From: a virus | Taxonomy: Duplodnaviria > Caudoviricetes | Virus record (IMG/VR): IMGVR_UViG_3300037408_000745 | Coordinates: 1 to 36,026 of that record | DNA: 36,026 nucleotides | Direction: 5' to 3' (one strand) | Part shown: positions 1-9,350 of the stretch, piece by piece | How positions within the stretch are numbered: the first letter of the stretch is position 1 | Layout: every line of letters begins with the position of its first letter | Notes under the pieces: model-generated | What the model saw: the letters and a program-made list of their open reading frames with translations, nothing else | Told to the model about the DNA's origin: nothing | Database searches by the model: none | Program-made: the position numbers and the translations under genes

Positions 1-21
1 GAAAGGAAACACAAATGTCAG

Positions 22-69
22 TGTAGTGCGAAAGATGAAATGAGAATTTGCGAAAGAAGATGAGAATAA
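22..69 (+). repeat. Left terminus with two abutting putative transposase-binding sites
   Basis: TGT at 22, then TGCGAAAG-N5-ATGAGAAT (27-47) and TGCGAAAG-N3-ATGAGAATAA (49-69). Confidence 0.8.
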
Positions 70-290
70 CCCTACGCGCAAAGAAACTCCGCCAGCGATA
101 ATAAACATCGCCTATGCGGACTTAAAATCTCTATAAATCACATTTAAAACAAAAAAAATGTTTTATTTAAGCCACCGTTTCAGTCCATATTTGACCGCAT
201 AAAACAGCAGCACAATTCCGATTCCGATCCAATGTCCATTCCTCATGTCGCCTATTATCCAAGCCCTGTTTCTTCCGTCAACATCTTTTG

Positions 291-497
291 TTATACGCAG
301 ATTCCTCTGGCCGGGCGGTCAGGCGTATCAAATGCCAGGCGTCCGGCGGCGATCATCCGCCGCGTGATCAATTCGGCACGGTCCGGATCGAAGTCGGGAT
401 AATCCAGCCTGGCAAGCGTCAGGTCCAGCAGTTTATTTGATGCCTGGCGAAACTGCGAGGCATAGTATTGTTTGAATCTCTCTTTGGCTTTCTTCAT
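291..497 (-). CDS. Hypothetical protein, last gene of late operon
   Basis: ATGA overlap with the upstream gene; 68 aa, helical-looking. Confidence 0.6.
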   Translation of the reverse strand: MKKAKERFKQYYASQFRQASNKLLDLTLARLDYPDFDPDRAELITRRMIAAGRLAFDTPDRPARGICV

Positions 498-2662
498 TCT
501 CGGCGGCCTCTCTTGTGCGTGCTATCGCGGGTTTGGATGCTCAATCGCGGGTCGCGCAGCAATAGAATCATCTTTTGACTTTGAACCAGATACTGAATCT
601 GCACAAGCTCCGGATAGACCGTTCGGCTGCCAAGCGTCTGGCCCAGCGGATAATCCCGTCCGGTAAAGCCGGTGATCCCGTCGCCGAGAGCAAACGTCGG
701 CGGGTTCGTCCCGTCAATCCACAGCCTGTCAAGGACGACCTGTCCGTGAATCGCCATATCTTCGTTGGCTTTGCGAATCAGTTCCATCTGCGCAAGGAGC
801 TTGTCGCTCTCGTCCGTGTCCCACGTTGGCAAGTCGCCGCCATAATACGTGCTCGATGAGCAGCGTTTCTGCAGCGTGTATCGGTCCGCGAAATCAAAGC
901 ATTTCGCCTGCACATAAGGAGAGCCGGCGTACACGGTATCGTTCTTATGTCCGTTCCGCTGGTCCATTTCGACCGTCGCGGTGATGCGGACGCGGGTATT
1001 CCATCCGCCCGTCTTGAAGACGCGGGCATTATGAATGTCGTCGGCCAGTGCCGTAAAGAAATTAATCTCCGTGCCCGCATAGTCGCCGGCGGCGATCAGG
1101 CCTTTCTTCTTATCCACGATTTCGGCAAGGTTTGGGATCATCAATCGAACAGCCGCCTCGCCTTCAAGTATTTCCACCGGGCAATCCAGTTCCTGCCATG
1201 TGGTCCCGGCGTCGCAGGACCATTGCAGCCGGATGCCGACGGAATTAACGCTGTCTTTATCGAACGTTAAACAGGGCAGAAATCGCCTGTTAAACGGGCC
1301 GTAAAGTTTCTTTCCGCCGGAAACGAGATACCCCGTCGGGATGCCGACGGTCGTAAAATCAAACAATGCCCCGCGGTCATACGTCTCGTCGTCGGTATAT
1401 TTGCCGCTCTCATTAAGGGCGAACTTGCGGCCGACATCGCGGAGGAAGTCGCTGCCGAGGGCGTGGTGATATTTATAGAAGTCAAAGCTGTCCGGGTCGG
1501 ATTCATCCTGCAGTTCCGATTCGGTTTTGTATAAATCCGCCACGGCGGCCGCGATGTGCAGGTCGGCGTCCTCCCAGGCGGGCACCAGTTCGGCGGTGAT
1601 CTCGAATTGATGCGGTGCGCCAAGGCCCCAGGGCTGATTGATGACAGGGTCGATATCTTCGGTCAAGTCCAGAGCCATCACCATCTTCTTGCCGTCCGTC
1701 TGGATGGCTTTGTCGATATCCTCACCGACGGCCGGGGCGTGGAGCGAATGCAGGACGCAGGGATTGTAGCCGGATTCGATATAGACCCGCGTTGTCCCCG
1801 TCGCCATGCCGGACTTATAAAAGACCCACAGCGGGCCATCCATCGTGTATTGCTCGCGGAAGGTCCAGCCGATATTGTCGCAGATGAGGGAGACGGCATC
1901 GACGACGTTTAGGTTATTGACGAGAATATTATTGAGGATGGTTGAAAAATCCGCGTGGGTCAGGCCGGGAAGGTCGAGCGGGTTGTCGATGGAAAGCAGC
2001 GCCGGAATCTGGTTGCAAAGCGGGCTAAGCAGAAAGTTGATCGCCGCTCCCGCCGTCCACGGTGTGCCGGTCTTTGATGCGTTGCCGAAAACATAAGACG
2101 CAAACGAATCTTCGAATGCGCCCCAGCCTTCCCCGAATGTCACGATATCCGGGTCCATATTGAACATCCCGGATGGGTTAAAGACGCAGCGGCGTCCGGA
2201 CATGAATGTCGCAGAATCCAGCTTCTCGTCGTTGTTATAATCATCGATGCCGCGCGCCACCTGTCCGTTGACGGGCGAACATCGATTGTACAGCCAGCGG
2301 TAATCCTTGCAGTGGATTTGGACGCCTTCTTTCGCCGACGGCGGCGATTGCGGGTCCGTCGCGACGGCGGAGGAATAGCCGCTCTTGAAGTTCGTGATGA
2401 AGCCCTGAAACAGAACAGTAGAGCTGTAGCGGAGGCGTACCTGATAACCCCACGATACGCCGCGTGTGGCGTTCCATCGGGTGTCGGATATATCGATATC
2501 GGCGGTGTTATGCTCGCCGCCGTCGCGCAGTGTGATATCGAGCACCTTGGCGTTAGGCAGCGTGGTCCAGTCGCCGACAACGCCGTCGCGGCCGCACTCG
2601 CGGTACTCGGCCAAAATGAATTTGGCAATTCGCATTAAATTTTTATCGTCTGTTCGAGACAC
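494..2662 (-). CDS. Putative tail tip / baseplate hub protein
   Basis: 722-aa ORF two genes after tape measure; hub-like N-terminal segment VLFQGFITN...IHCKDYRWL. Call is mainly positional. Confidence 0.6.
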   Translation of the reverse strand: MSRTDDKNLMRIAKFILAEYRECGRDGVVGDWTTLPNAKVLDITLRDGGEHNTADIDISDTRWNATRGVSWGYQVRLRYSSTVLFQGFITNFKSGYSSAVATDPQSPPSAKEGVQIHCKDYRWLYNRCSPVNGQVARGIDDYNNDEKLDSATFMSGRRCVFNPSGMFNMDPDIVTFGEGWGAFEDSFASYVFGNASKTGTPWTAGAAINFLLSPLCNQIPALLSIDNPLDLPGLTHADFSTILNNILVNNLNVVDAVSLICDNIGWTFREQYTMDGPLWVFYKSGMATGTTRVYIESGYNPCVLHSLHAPAVGEDIDKAIQTDGKKMVMALDLTEDIDPVINQPWGLGAPHQFEITAELVPAWEDADLHIAAAVADLYKTESELQDESDPDSFDFYKYHHALGSDFLRDVGRKFALNESGKYTDDETYDRGALFDFTTVGIPTGYLVSGGKKLYGPFNRRFLPCLTFDKDSVNSVGIRLQWSCDAGTTWQELDCPVEILEGEAAVRLMIPNLAEIVDKKKGLIAAGDYAGTEINFFTALADDIHNARVFKTGGWNTRVRITATVEMDQRNGHKNDTVYAGSPYVQAKCFDFADRYTLQKRCSSSTYYGGDLPTWDTDESDKLLAQMELIRKANEDMAIHGQVVLDRLWIDGTNPPTFALGDGITGFTGRDYPLGQTLGSRTVYPELVQIQYLVQSQKMILLLRDPRLSIQTRDSTHKRGRRE

Positions 2663-2674
2663 TCAAAATCCTTT

Positions 2675-2743
2675 AACCACAGATTTTCACTGATTTACAC
2701 TGACCTTTTTTTAATCTGTGTTTTTCTGTGTTAATCTGTGGTT
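2675..2743. repeat. Family A imperfect palindrome AACCACAGATT...AATCTGTGGTT
   Basis: Perfect 11-bp terminal inverted repeat with internal 9-10-bp periodic units; fills the intergenic gap. Confidence 0.9.
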
Positions 2744-2751
2744 CCTTTTTT

Positions 2752-3168
2752 TTACGTCACGTCTGATAAATTTCTGAAAAAGACAATAAACCTCGCATAA
2801 CAGGCCGCGCCCGTCCAGCGGATGGTTTTCAGCGTGCCGTCCGGGGCACCAAACGGCACAAGCTCCATGTGGTCATAGACCAGGTTGTAATAGGTCTCTG
2901 AGCCGTAGGTCCAGTTGGCCTCGACATCTTCGCTATACGTCGCGTCGGTCGAATTGATGGCCGTCAGCAGTCCAAGCCGCGCGGCGGCGTAGGTCGATGA
3001 CGTATAGCGTACAATGCCCGTCACGACCAATGGATAGCCGCGATGGCCGAGTCGCATCCCCGTCACGCCGTTAGCCCCGGCATAGCCGTTGTATTGCGTC
3101 TCAACGCGGCGGAGGTTCGGGTTGACGGATATTTCCGTGCCGAAGACAGTGGCGAAGGCGTAAGACAT
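2752..3168 (-). CDS. Putative distal tail protein
   Basis: 138 aa, beta-rich, TGATG-coupled to tape measure stop. Confidence 0.55.
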   Translation of the reverse strand: MSYAFATVFGTEISVNPNLRRVETQYNGYAGANGVTGMRLGHRGYPLVVTGIVRYTSSTYAAARLGLLTAINSTDATYSEDVEANWTYGSETYYNLVYDHMELVPFGAPDGTLKTIRWTGAACYARFIVFFRNLSDVT

Positions 3169-4763
3169 CAGCGGCCTCCTATATCATTCGGTTCAACCCG
3201 GCTCCGGGCCGCCGGCGGCGTCTGAGTGATGTAGGTGTTATTGTTGTGGGTGATATTGACAGAGCCGTCTGTATCTGTCTGTCGCTGGTTTGCCCGGATT
3301 ACCTGCTGTTGACGCTGCTGTGGCGTCAATAATTCATCGTAATATTGTTCTTCATTGCCATAGAAAACTTGAGCCGGAGCGAGAAACGGAGTAAAATTTA
3401 TGTAAAACTTACTCATTCCCACAGACGGTCTTAACGACAGCGAGCGCAAGACCGTTTTCCCTGCAAACCCCCTGCGGCGAGTCACTTCGGCGTCGATGGA
3501 TTCTTTTTCGGCAGGCGTCAGATTTTCAAGCCACAGACGATAAGCCGCGTTTTCTTTTTCATACTCCTTTGTTCTCCACATTTCACGCCAGAATTGGCGA
3601 ATCGGATGGCGGCGCTGCAGGTTTTTTTGATACTGCTCTCCAATCTTACTGACGTTTTCCTGCGATACTTCAGAGGGCGTGATATCCTGTTTTTGTTTTT
3701 CCGCTTCCGCTGCTGACTGAGCTGCCTGCGCTTCAAGGGTCTGATTGTATTGTTCGCGTTCTGCCCTGTCAGCGGCTTCGGATACCGGCACAATGGCCGG
3801 CGCTCCCGATGTTATCATTTTATAGACGCCCTTGACCGCGCCCGCCCCATAAATATCAGACAGCATCTTGTAGCGATCCTCGGCGGACAATCCCTGCATT
3901 TTTTTTCTTACATTCTCGCTGATTTCAGTCGGCGTCTTGCCGGCAACGCCGTATTTTTTTAAGGCGTCGGCGTTCGGGCCGGACATCGCCTCGATCACCA
4001 TTGCCGGCATCGCGGTTTTATTTCGTCCGGTTTCGCCGGCGGCCAACGCGGAAATCGTGGAAATCGTCTCCTGCGGCGACATTCCGATGGCGCGGGCGGA
4101 CGGGGCGGCGCGGCCCATCGCCGAAATAATCTCTTCGTCCGTCATCCCGGCGGCAACGGAACCGGCGGAGACGGTTCGCATGAATTCGGATTGCTGGGCG
4201 GCCGTGGTCATGCCGTAGCCGCGCATCATATCTATCAATTCCGGCGTGGCGGCGCCGCCGTGACGTGCGGCATAGCTCAGAACATTACGGAGGCCCGCCT
4301 GATAATCGTCGGGCCTCATCTGTCCCTTAAATTGCCGCGTGTATCTTTCGATGTTCGGGATTCCGGCGGCCTGCGGCGTCATCGTTTCCGACATCACGGA
4401 CAAAGCATCTTTGACTACCTTTTTTCGTTCCGCCTCGCTATAGGCCCCCATCGCCTCAAACAAACCGCTGTATGCCTGCCGCATATTTTCGGCGTCCTTC
4501 ACGGCTTCATTGACGCGGCGATGAAGGTTGTCAAAAAACTCCGTTACTTTCCGGGCCGTGTTTGCCAGGAGAGCGATAAATCCGGCCGCCGTAAAGAAAC
4601 GCAAAAAACCAGAGAAGGCGGCGGACGCTACAGATGTTTTTTTTCCGGCGCCCTCAACGGATGCGCCCATTCCGCGCACGCCTTCCGCCGTCTTGTCAAG
4701 CTGCTGCTTGGTCTCGGCAGCGCCGGGCGCTCTGACATGTATATTGATGTCTTTATCAGCCAT
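3168..4763 (-). CDS. Tail tape measure protein
   Basis: Ala/Gly-rich helical protein; typical N-terminus (MADKDINIHVRA) and TP901-core-like segment AMGRAAPSARAIGMSPQETISTISALA. Confidence 0.85.
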   Translation of the reverse strand: MADKDINIHVRAPGAAETKQQLDKTAEGVRGMGASVEGAGKKTSVASAAFSGFLRFFTAAGFIALLANTARKVTEFFDNLHRRVNEAVKDAENMRQAYSGLFEAMGAYSEAERKKVVKDALSVMSETMTPQAAGIPNIERYTRQFKGQMRPDDYQAGLRNVLSYAARHGGAATPELIDMMRGYGMTTAAQQSEFMRTVSAGSVAAGMTDEEIISAMGRAAPSARAIGMSPQETISTISALAAGETGRNKTAMPAMVIEAMSGPNADALKKYGVAGKTPTEISENVRKKMQGLSAEDRYKMLSDIYGAGAVKGVYKMITSGAPAIVPVSEAADRAEREQYNQTLEAQAAQSAAEAEKQKQDITPSEVSQENVSKIGEQYQKNLQRRHPIRQFWREMWRTKEYEKENAAYRLWLENLTPAEKESIDAEVTRRRGFAGKTVLRSLSLRPSVGMSKFYINFTPFLAPAQVFYGNEEQYYDELLTPQQRQQQVIRANQRQTDTDGSVNITHNNNTYITQTPPAARSRVEPNDIGGR

Positions 4764-4776
4764 AGTTAATTCCTGA

Positions 4777-4864
4777 AACCACAGATTTCACCTTTGTTTA
4801 ACCACTGATTTTCACTGATTTACACAGACCTTTTTTTTAATCTGTGGTTAGTTTTTCCGTGGTT
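4777..4864. repeat. Family A nested palindrome
   Basis: Outer AACCACAGA...TCCGTGGTT, inner TAACCACTGATT...AATCTGTGGTTA; about 45 bp nearly identical to the 2675 copy. Confidence 0.9.
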
Positions 4865-4871
4865 CCTTTTT

Positions 4872-5780
4872 TTACGCCGCGTCTGCGATCGTGATGATCT
4901 TGTTTGTCCCGGCCAGTGTCAGCGGCAGCGCGATGCTGTTTGACACGCGATAATTCGCCGTCATTTCGGCATAGCGTGCCATATCGCCGCTCATCTGCGT
5001 CGATGCCGTCGCGAATATCACCCCGGCGATGGTGACGACCTTATTAGCCGCCCCGCCGGACTGCTTGCAGGTCAGTACGAGGCTGGCGCGGGCGGCTTCG
5101 AGGAGTTGGCTCGACTTTATCTTTGACGACGCCACGGACGAATCCTGACACGACAGCGACCCATCCGGCGTCGTTCCGCCGATCAGCTCGGCATCGACCG
5201 AGCCATAGCCCTTCCATCCGTCGTTGCAGGCCTTGGCTAATTTCAGGCCGATGTGGAAGCTGAAGGAGTTCAGCGCGTAGATTGCCAGCGCCCCGTGCAG
5301 CGCCGTAACGACGCGATAGCCGCCGTGATCCGGAAGGATATCGGATGGCGCGGCCTGCGAGTCGGTGATGGCGTGAACCGTGCTGATGACATCGGCCGCC
5401 GTGACGAATCGGCACTCGAATTTGAACGTCACCGTGCCGCACTGGCCCTTTTGCCAGTTGAACGATACGTCCCAGATGACAGGCGCGGTGATGGTGTGCT
5501 TGATATAGCCCGTCGCGGCGGCGACGCCGGATTTGCGTTCGTAGAATACATACGTGCCGAGCGTCCCGCTCAGCAGCGCGATCACGGTGTCCCAGTCCTG
5601 CGTGGTGACGGTGCCGCGAACAAATTGCGATTCGCGGTCCACAATCGCCACCTCGGAGCCGTCCGGCCCGGATTCGACCAGCTCGTCATATCCCTCATCG
5701 AGGGCGATAGACATCGGCCCGCCCTCATCGACGCCGTTAATGATGTTTCCGAAGAGTCCTGCTGTTTTTTCGTAAGCCAT
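4872..5780 (-). CDS. Putative major tail tube protein
   Basis: 302 aa, Thr/Ser/Gly beta-rich, GGAG RBS, directly upstream of tape measure; no sheath gene seen. Confidence 0.6.
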   Translation of the reverse strand: MAYEKTAGLFGNIINGVDEGGPMSIALDEGYDELVESGPDGSEVAIVDRESQFVRGTVTTQDWDTVIALLSGTLGTYVFYERKSGVAAATGYIKHTITAPVIWDVSFNWQKGQCGTVTFKFECRFVTAADVISTVHAITDSQAAPSDILPDHGGYRVVTALHGALAIYALNSFSFHIGLKLAKACNDGWKGYGSVDAELIGGTTPDGSLSCQDSSVASSKIKSSQLLEAARASLVLTCKQSGGAANKVVTIAGVIFATASTQMSGDMARYAEMTANYRVSNSIALPLTLAGTNKIITIADAA

Positions 5781-5804
5781 TTTTATACTCCGTTTAAATG
5801 CGTT

Positions 5805-6533
5805 TTAATTGACAAGCCATTTGGCCTCAAAGACTAATTTGACGCCGTGCTGTTTCGGCGTATCGATTATTTCTTCCGCTCCTTTATAGAAAAATTCATC
5901 GCAGTCAAATCCCGCTCCGGGGTGCCATCGGTCAAGCGCCGCGATCACCAGCGTCCGAAGTTCCTGCGTTCCAACGGTCGTCGCGTCGCCGGTTCGTGCC
6001 TCGCCTCCGTTGGTCATGGATTTCTGCGCGAGGATAACCACCAGGGTGATCTTGCGGTCCAGCGTAAATCCGCCTTCGCGTTCGATATTCATCGACGGCT
6101 GCTCGCCGACGAATGCGCAGGGGCCGTGTTTGTCTAAGTTGGTCAGGCCGCCCTCCGTCGCGGATAGCTGATGCAGCCACCGCGCGGCCGTCTTGAATAC
6201 GCCCAAAAGATTCAGTACGCCCGCCGCCGCCAGTTCGATTTCCGACACCGTCGGCAGATTCGAATCGTGCAGATAGATATACAGAATATTTGACGGCGCC
6301 GACGATACCTCCTCTTTAATCGCGACGGCGTAAAATTCATAGGTTGTCCCGGCGGTAAGGCCCGCTATCGCAATCGGGCTTGCGACCGCCTGATTAGAAG
6401 CCCTGAGCGTCCACGGGGCCGCCCCGGCGGCGCGGCTATAGACATCGACCGGCGCAGCGTCGGCCTGTGTGATAGTCAGTGTGACCACGCCGGAGGCCTC
6501 GGTGATGGCGGTGATAACTGGGGCGGCTGTCAT
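5805..6533 (-). CDS. Fibronectin type III domain fused to putative tail terminator domain
   Basis: N-terminal FN3 signature GLTAGTTYEFYAVA...SAPSN; C-terminal part occupies the tail-completion position. Confidence 0.6.
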   Translation of the reverse strand: MTAAPVITAITEASGVVTLTITQADAAPVDVYSRAAGAAPWTLRASNQAVASPIAIAGLTAGTTYEFYAVAIKEEVSSAPSNILYIYLHDSNLPTVSEIELAAAGVLNLLGVFKTAARWLHQLSATEGGLTNLDKHGPCAFVGEQPSMNIEREGGFTLDRKITLVVILAQKSMTNGGEARTGDATTVGTQELRTLVIAALDRWHPGAGFDCDEFFYKGAEEIIDTPKQHGVKLVFEAKWLVN

Positions 6534-6607
6534 GGCAAACTCCCCAGTAAACCGGATGCAATCGCTCCGCTCATTTTATCGCTTCCCTTTTTTTAATAAA
6601 TCCGTAA

Positions 6608-7078
6608 TCAAAACGCGTACACATCCGCGCCCGGCCATCGCGTCCATCCATTGGCGTCAAAGTAGCACATCCACGCGAATATCTGCGTGTCGTTCTTATC
6701 CGCCGTTGCGTCGGCCGAGGCATAACCGCGAATAAAGATTCGTTTGCTGCGAATATTGGTTGGAATCTTGACCTGCCCAACATAAAAGTCCGTATTGACC
6801 GGCACTGTGATCGCCGCGTTGGCGTATGTCACCGAGGCGATTGCTACAAACCCGCCCGTATTGCTGTTGGCGGTCGTATCATAGACATACGCGGCGTCGT
6901 CCGAATAGATTGTGATATACACCAGCGACGCCGTCTTAATGTCCGGATGCGCCGTCGGCATCGTCGAAGCCGTCGTCGGCGCCGCCCACGCCTGCGTGAC
7001 TGTGTAGCCGATCCACGCCGCAGCAAAGACCAGTACGATTAAAACACTCGCTGTAAATTTACCGTATTTCTTTTTCAT
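6608..7078 (-). CDS. Putative exported protein
   Basis: GGAG RBS before ATG 7078; MKKKYGKF, hydrophobic stretch, AWA cleavage-like site. Confidence 0.7.
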   Translation of the reverse strand: MKKKYGKFTASVLIVLVFAAAWIGYTVTQAWAAPTTASTMPTAHPDIKTASLVYITIYSDDAAYVYDTTANSNTGGFVAIASVTYANAAITVPVNTDFYVGQVKIPTNIRSKRIFIRGYASADATADKNDTQIFAWMCYFDANGWTRWPGADVYAF

Positions 7079-7101
7079 GGTTTTCTCCAAAAAAAAATGT
7101 G

Positions 7102-8901
7102 TCATTCTAAATTACCGAGAGTATTGGGAAATTTCGGGCCAAGCGTGCCAATAGAATTCTGTCCTACAACATTCCCAAAAGAGTCGTACATTCCTGCGCC
7201 AAGAATCCCACCCGAACGAAAACCAAAATAAGGATACCCATTATTCTCCGATGAAGATATTCTCCATATATTCGCAAAATTCCACCCCGAATAAGTTGAC
7301 GGTGTTTTCATCTCCGCCGTCGTCTTGCCTATCGCTCCTTGGTCTGTATCCGTGCCTTCATAAAGGCAGGATTCCACCACGCTGTTTGCAACCAAAGTCG
7401 TGCCGAATAATTTATTCTGATTCCCAACCGCATAACAACGACGCCACGTAGATAGTGCTGAAACAGGTCTGCCGGTAAAATCGCCAAGATAAGTAGCTCC
7501 AGCGCTTGCCCAGTTGCCTGTTGGAGTAATCGTCACGCGGGCATAACAATCTTCATAAGTTGCTCCATTTGCCCTGCCGCCGAAACCACCAATGTTTGTT
7601 TCCTTTCCAGCGGATGGAGCGGCTACGGAAATTGTACCTACAACAGAACATTTTTTGAACGTGCCAAGATTAACCGTTGCACCAAAACCTCCGTCCACCC
7701 TAAGGTCTGTGTGCGTAAGCACAGAAAGTGAATTTGTGCCAATGGCGGAACAGTTTTCCGCCGTATATGCGACCTGCCCGCAAAAAATACCACTTAAACT
7801 TCTGCCGGTGACGGCCGCATTTTCAAGCGTCACATTTTTTGCGACATTATTAAATGTTAAATTTGGACTGCAAACTCCCCAAGTGCCTCCCGTATAATCC
7901 CGTCCCGTCACCGTGACGTTTTTAACATAACAATTATTCAGCGAGCCATAGCATAGGCCAACCAATGCTCCGGTATAATCCTGCCCGGTGATAGTTGCAC
8001 CGATAAGCCGAACATTCGACAAACCGCAGGCGGCGGCGTTTGTGATATATCCGAACAGCCCAATATAATCTGTCGTGTTTCTGTTTATGACAAGGTTTGA
8101 TATAGTATAATTTCCACCATCGTAAGTACCGCTGAATTTTGTGGTATTATCGCCTATCGGAACAAAGTTCGCAATGCTTGTTAAATCTATATTTGCCGTC
8201 TGAACATAATTACCGGCAAGGGTAGTTTCGTTTGTGCCAATGGCCTGTAGCTCGTCGGCCTCATTGATTGCAACATCAATACTCTCAAGTACGGGGACAA
8301 AAGAAAGTGCCGTGTTTTCTGGCATAACAACGGGAGTTCCGCACTCACTACATTCCGTCCACGCCGTGCCAAGTAAGTTCCAAACCGGAGTCGTCTGATA
8401 AATAAGTGCCCACGTTTCGTTATCATCCCACAAATGCCAGGAAGTGTCACCGCCTTCATTGAATTCATACTTAAAAGAAAGGTCTGAGTTAGTCTCGCCG
8501 ATAAAACTTGTAGATACCGTACCTGCATAAGCTTGATTAGCACCGGCAAAATCACCTGTACAACCAGATACCTCAACAGACGTAGTATAGGCAAACGCCC
8601 TGTTTCCAACATTGTCCCAGACGGCATCGGTTGGAGAAACTGACGACGCGCACGCATTACTGTAAATGCCAATCTCCACAAAACCATCTCCAAATTGCCG
8701 CAGCAATGCCCACTTCCCTGTCCTGAACTCAACCGTATAATTCCCATTAAGCCCAATATAGATAGTCTCATTTCCATTATAATAAAGCTGATTGAAGCCG
8801 TCAAACGGTGCGGGGCATCCGGAAATCCGGACAAGATTAGGCAGAGCTGCAAAGCAAATACTCGAAAGAAGCAGTATGAATAAAAGGGCTATTTTTTTCA
8901 T
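7102..8901 (-). CDS. Secreted GLUG-motif / beta-helix-like protein
   Basis: Signal peptide MKKIALLFILLLSSICFA; motifs FSGTYDGGNYTISNL, YIGLFG, GQDYTGALVG and C-terminal KTTAEMK...YSGWNF...W...NGYPY typical of GLUG-repeat surface proteins. Confidence 0.8.
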   Translation of the reverse strand: MKKIALLFILLLSSICFAALPNLVRISGCPAPFDGFNQLYYNGNETIYIGLNGNYTVEFRTGKWALLRQFGDGFVEIGIYSNACASSVSPTDAVWDNVGNRAFAYTTSVEVSGCTGDFAGANQAYAGTVSTSFIGETNSDLSFKYEFNEGGDTSWHLWDDNETWALIYQTTPVWNLLGTAWTECSECGTPVVMPENTALSFVPVLESIDVAINEADELQAIGTNETTLAGNYVQTANIDLTSIANFVPIGDNTTKFSGTYDGGNYTISNLVINRNTTDYIGLFGYITNAAACGLSNVRLIGATITGQDYTGALVGLCYGSLNNCYVKNVTVTGRDYTGGTWGVCSPNLTFNNVAKNVTLENAAVTGRSLSGIFCGQVAYTAENCSAIGTNSLSVLTHTDLRVDGGFGATVNLGTFKKCSVVGTISVAAPSAGKETNIGGFGGRANGATYEDCYARVTITPTGNWASAGATYLGDFTGRPVSALSTWRRCYAVGNQNKLFGTTLVANSVVESCLYEGTDTDQGAIGKTTAEMKTPSTYSGWNFANIWRISSSENNGYPYFGFRSGGILGAGMYDSFGNVVGQNSIGTLGPKFPNTLGNLE

Positions 8902-9284
8902 TTTGGTTTTACCTCAATCGGCTTTTCTATGGCGTTGGGTTCTGTCAAAACAACCGCAAGGCTCGCTGATTCAGCCGTCAGCCTTTTCACTTCACGGGCG
9001 ACAAAACTGTTCGGGTCTTTAACGATGCCCGTTTTAATCAAGCCGAGAAAATCAAGCATCGAGACTTGATTTTTAGCGACGGGCTTGGGTTTCAATTTTG
9101 CCCGAACCGCGTCAATCGCGGCAATTTTCTCAGCGACAAACGCTGCCATGCCTTCTTTCGTTTCAAGAACTGAAATCTTTGCGGTGATTGCTGTTTTTTG
9201 TTCCGACAAATCTTCTTTGGTGTCGGCAAACAAAAGAACCGACATCAAAACCAAACCCAAAAAAACTATCATTGCTCGTTTCAT
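8898..9284 (-). CDS. Putative exported coiled-coil protein
   Basis: Signal peptide MKRAMIVFLGLVLMSVLLFA; GAGG RBS; ATGA overlap with the next gene. Confidence 0.75.
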   Translation of the reverse strand: MKRAMIVFLGLVLMSVLLFADTKEDLSEQKTAITAKISVLETKEGMAAFVAEKIAAIDAVRAKLKPKPVAKNQVSMLDFLGLIKTGIVKDPNSFVAREVKRLTAESASLAVVLTEPNAIEKPIEVKPK

Positions 9285-9296
9285 TTCTTATTCCTC

Positions 9297-9348
9297 AATT
9301 TTGAATTTTGAATTTGTTTCGGATTTCGGATTTCGTGCTTCGGATTTT
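9297..9348. repeat. Heptamer-like tandem array (TTTTGAA / TTCGGAT)
   Basis: AATTTTGAATTTTGAATTTGTTTCGGATTTCGGATTTCGTGCTTCGGATTTT fills the gap between genes. Confidence 0.85.
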
Positions 9349-9350
9349 CC

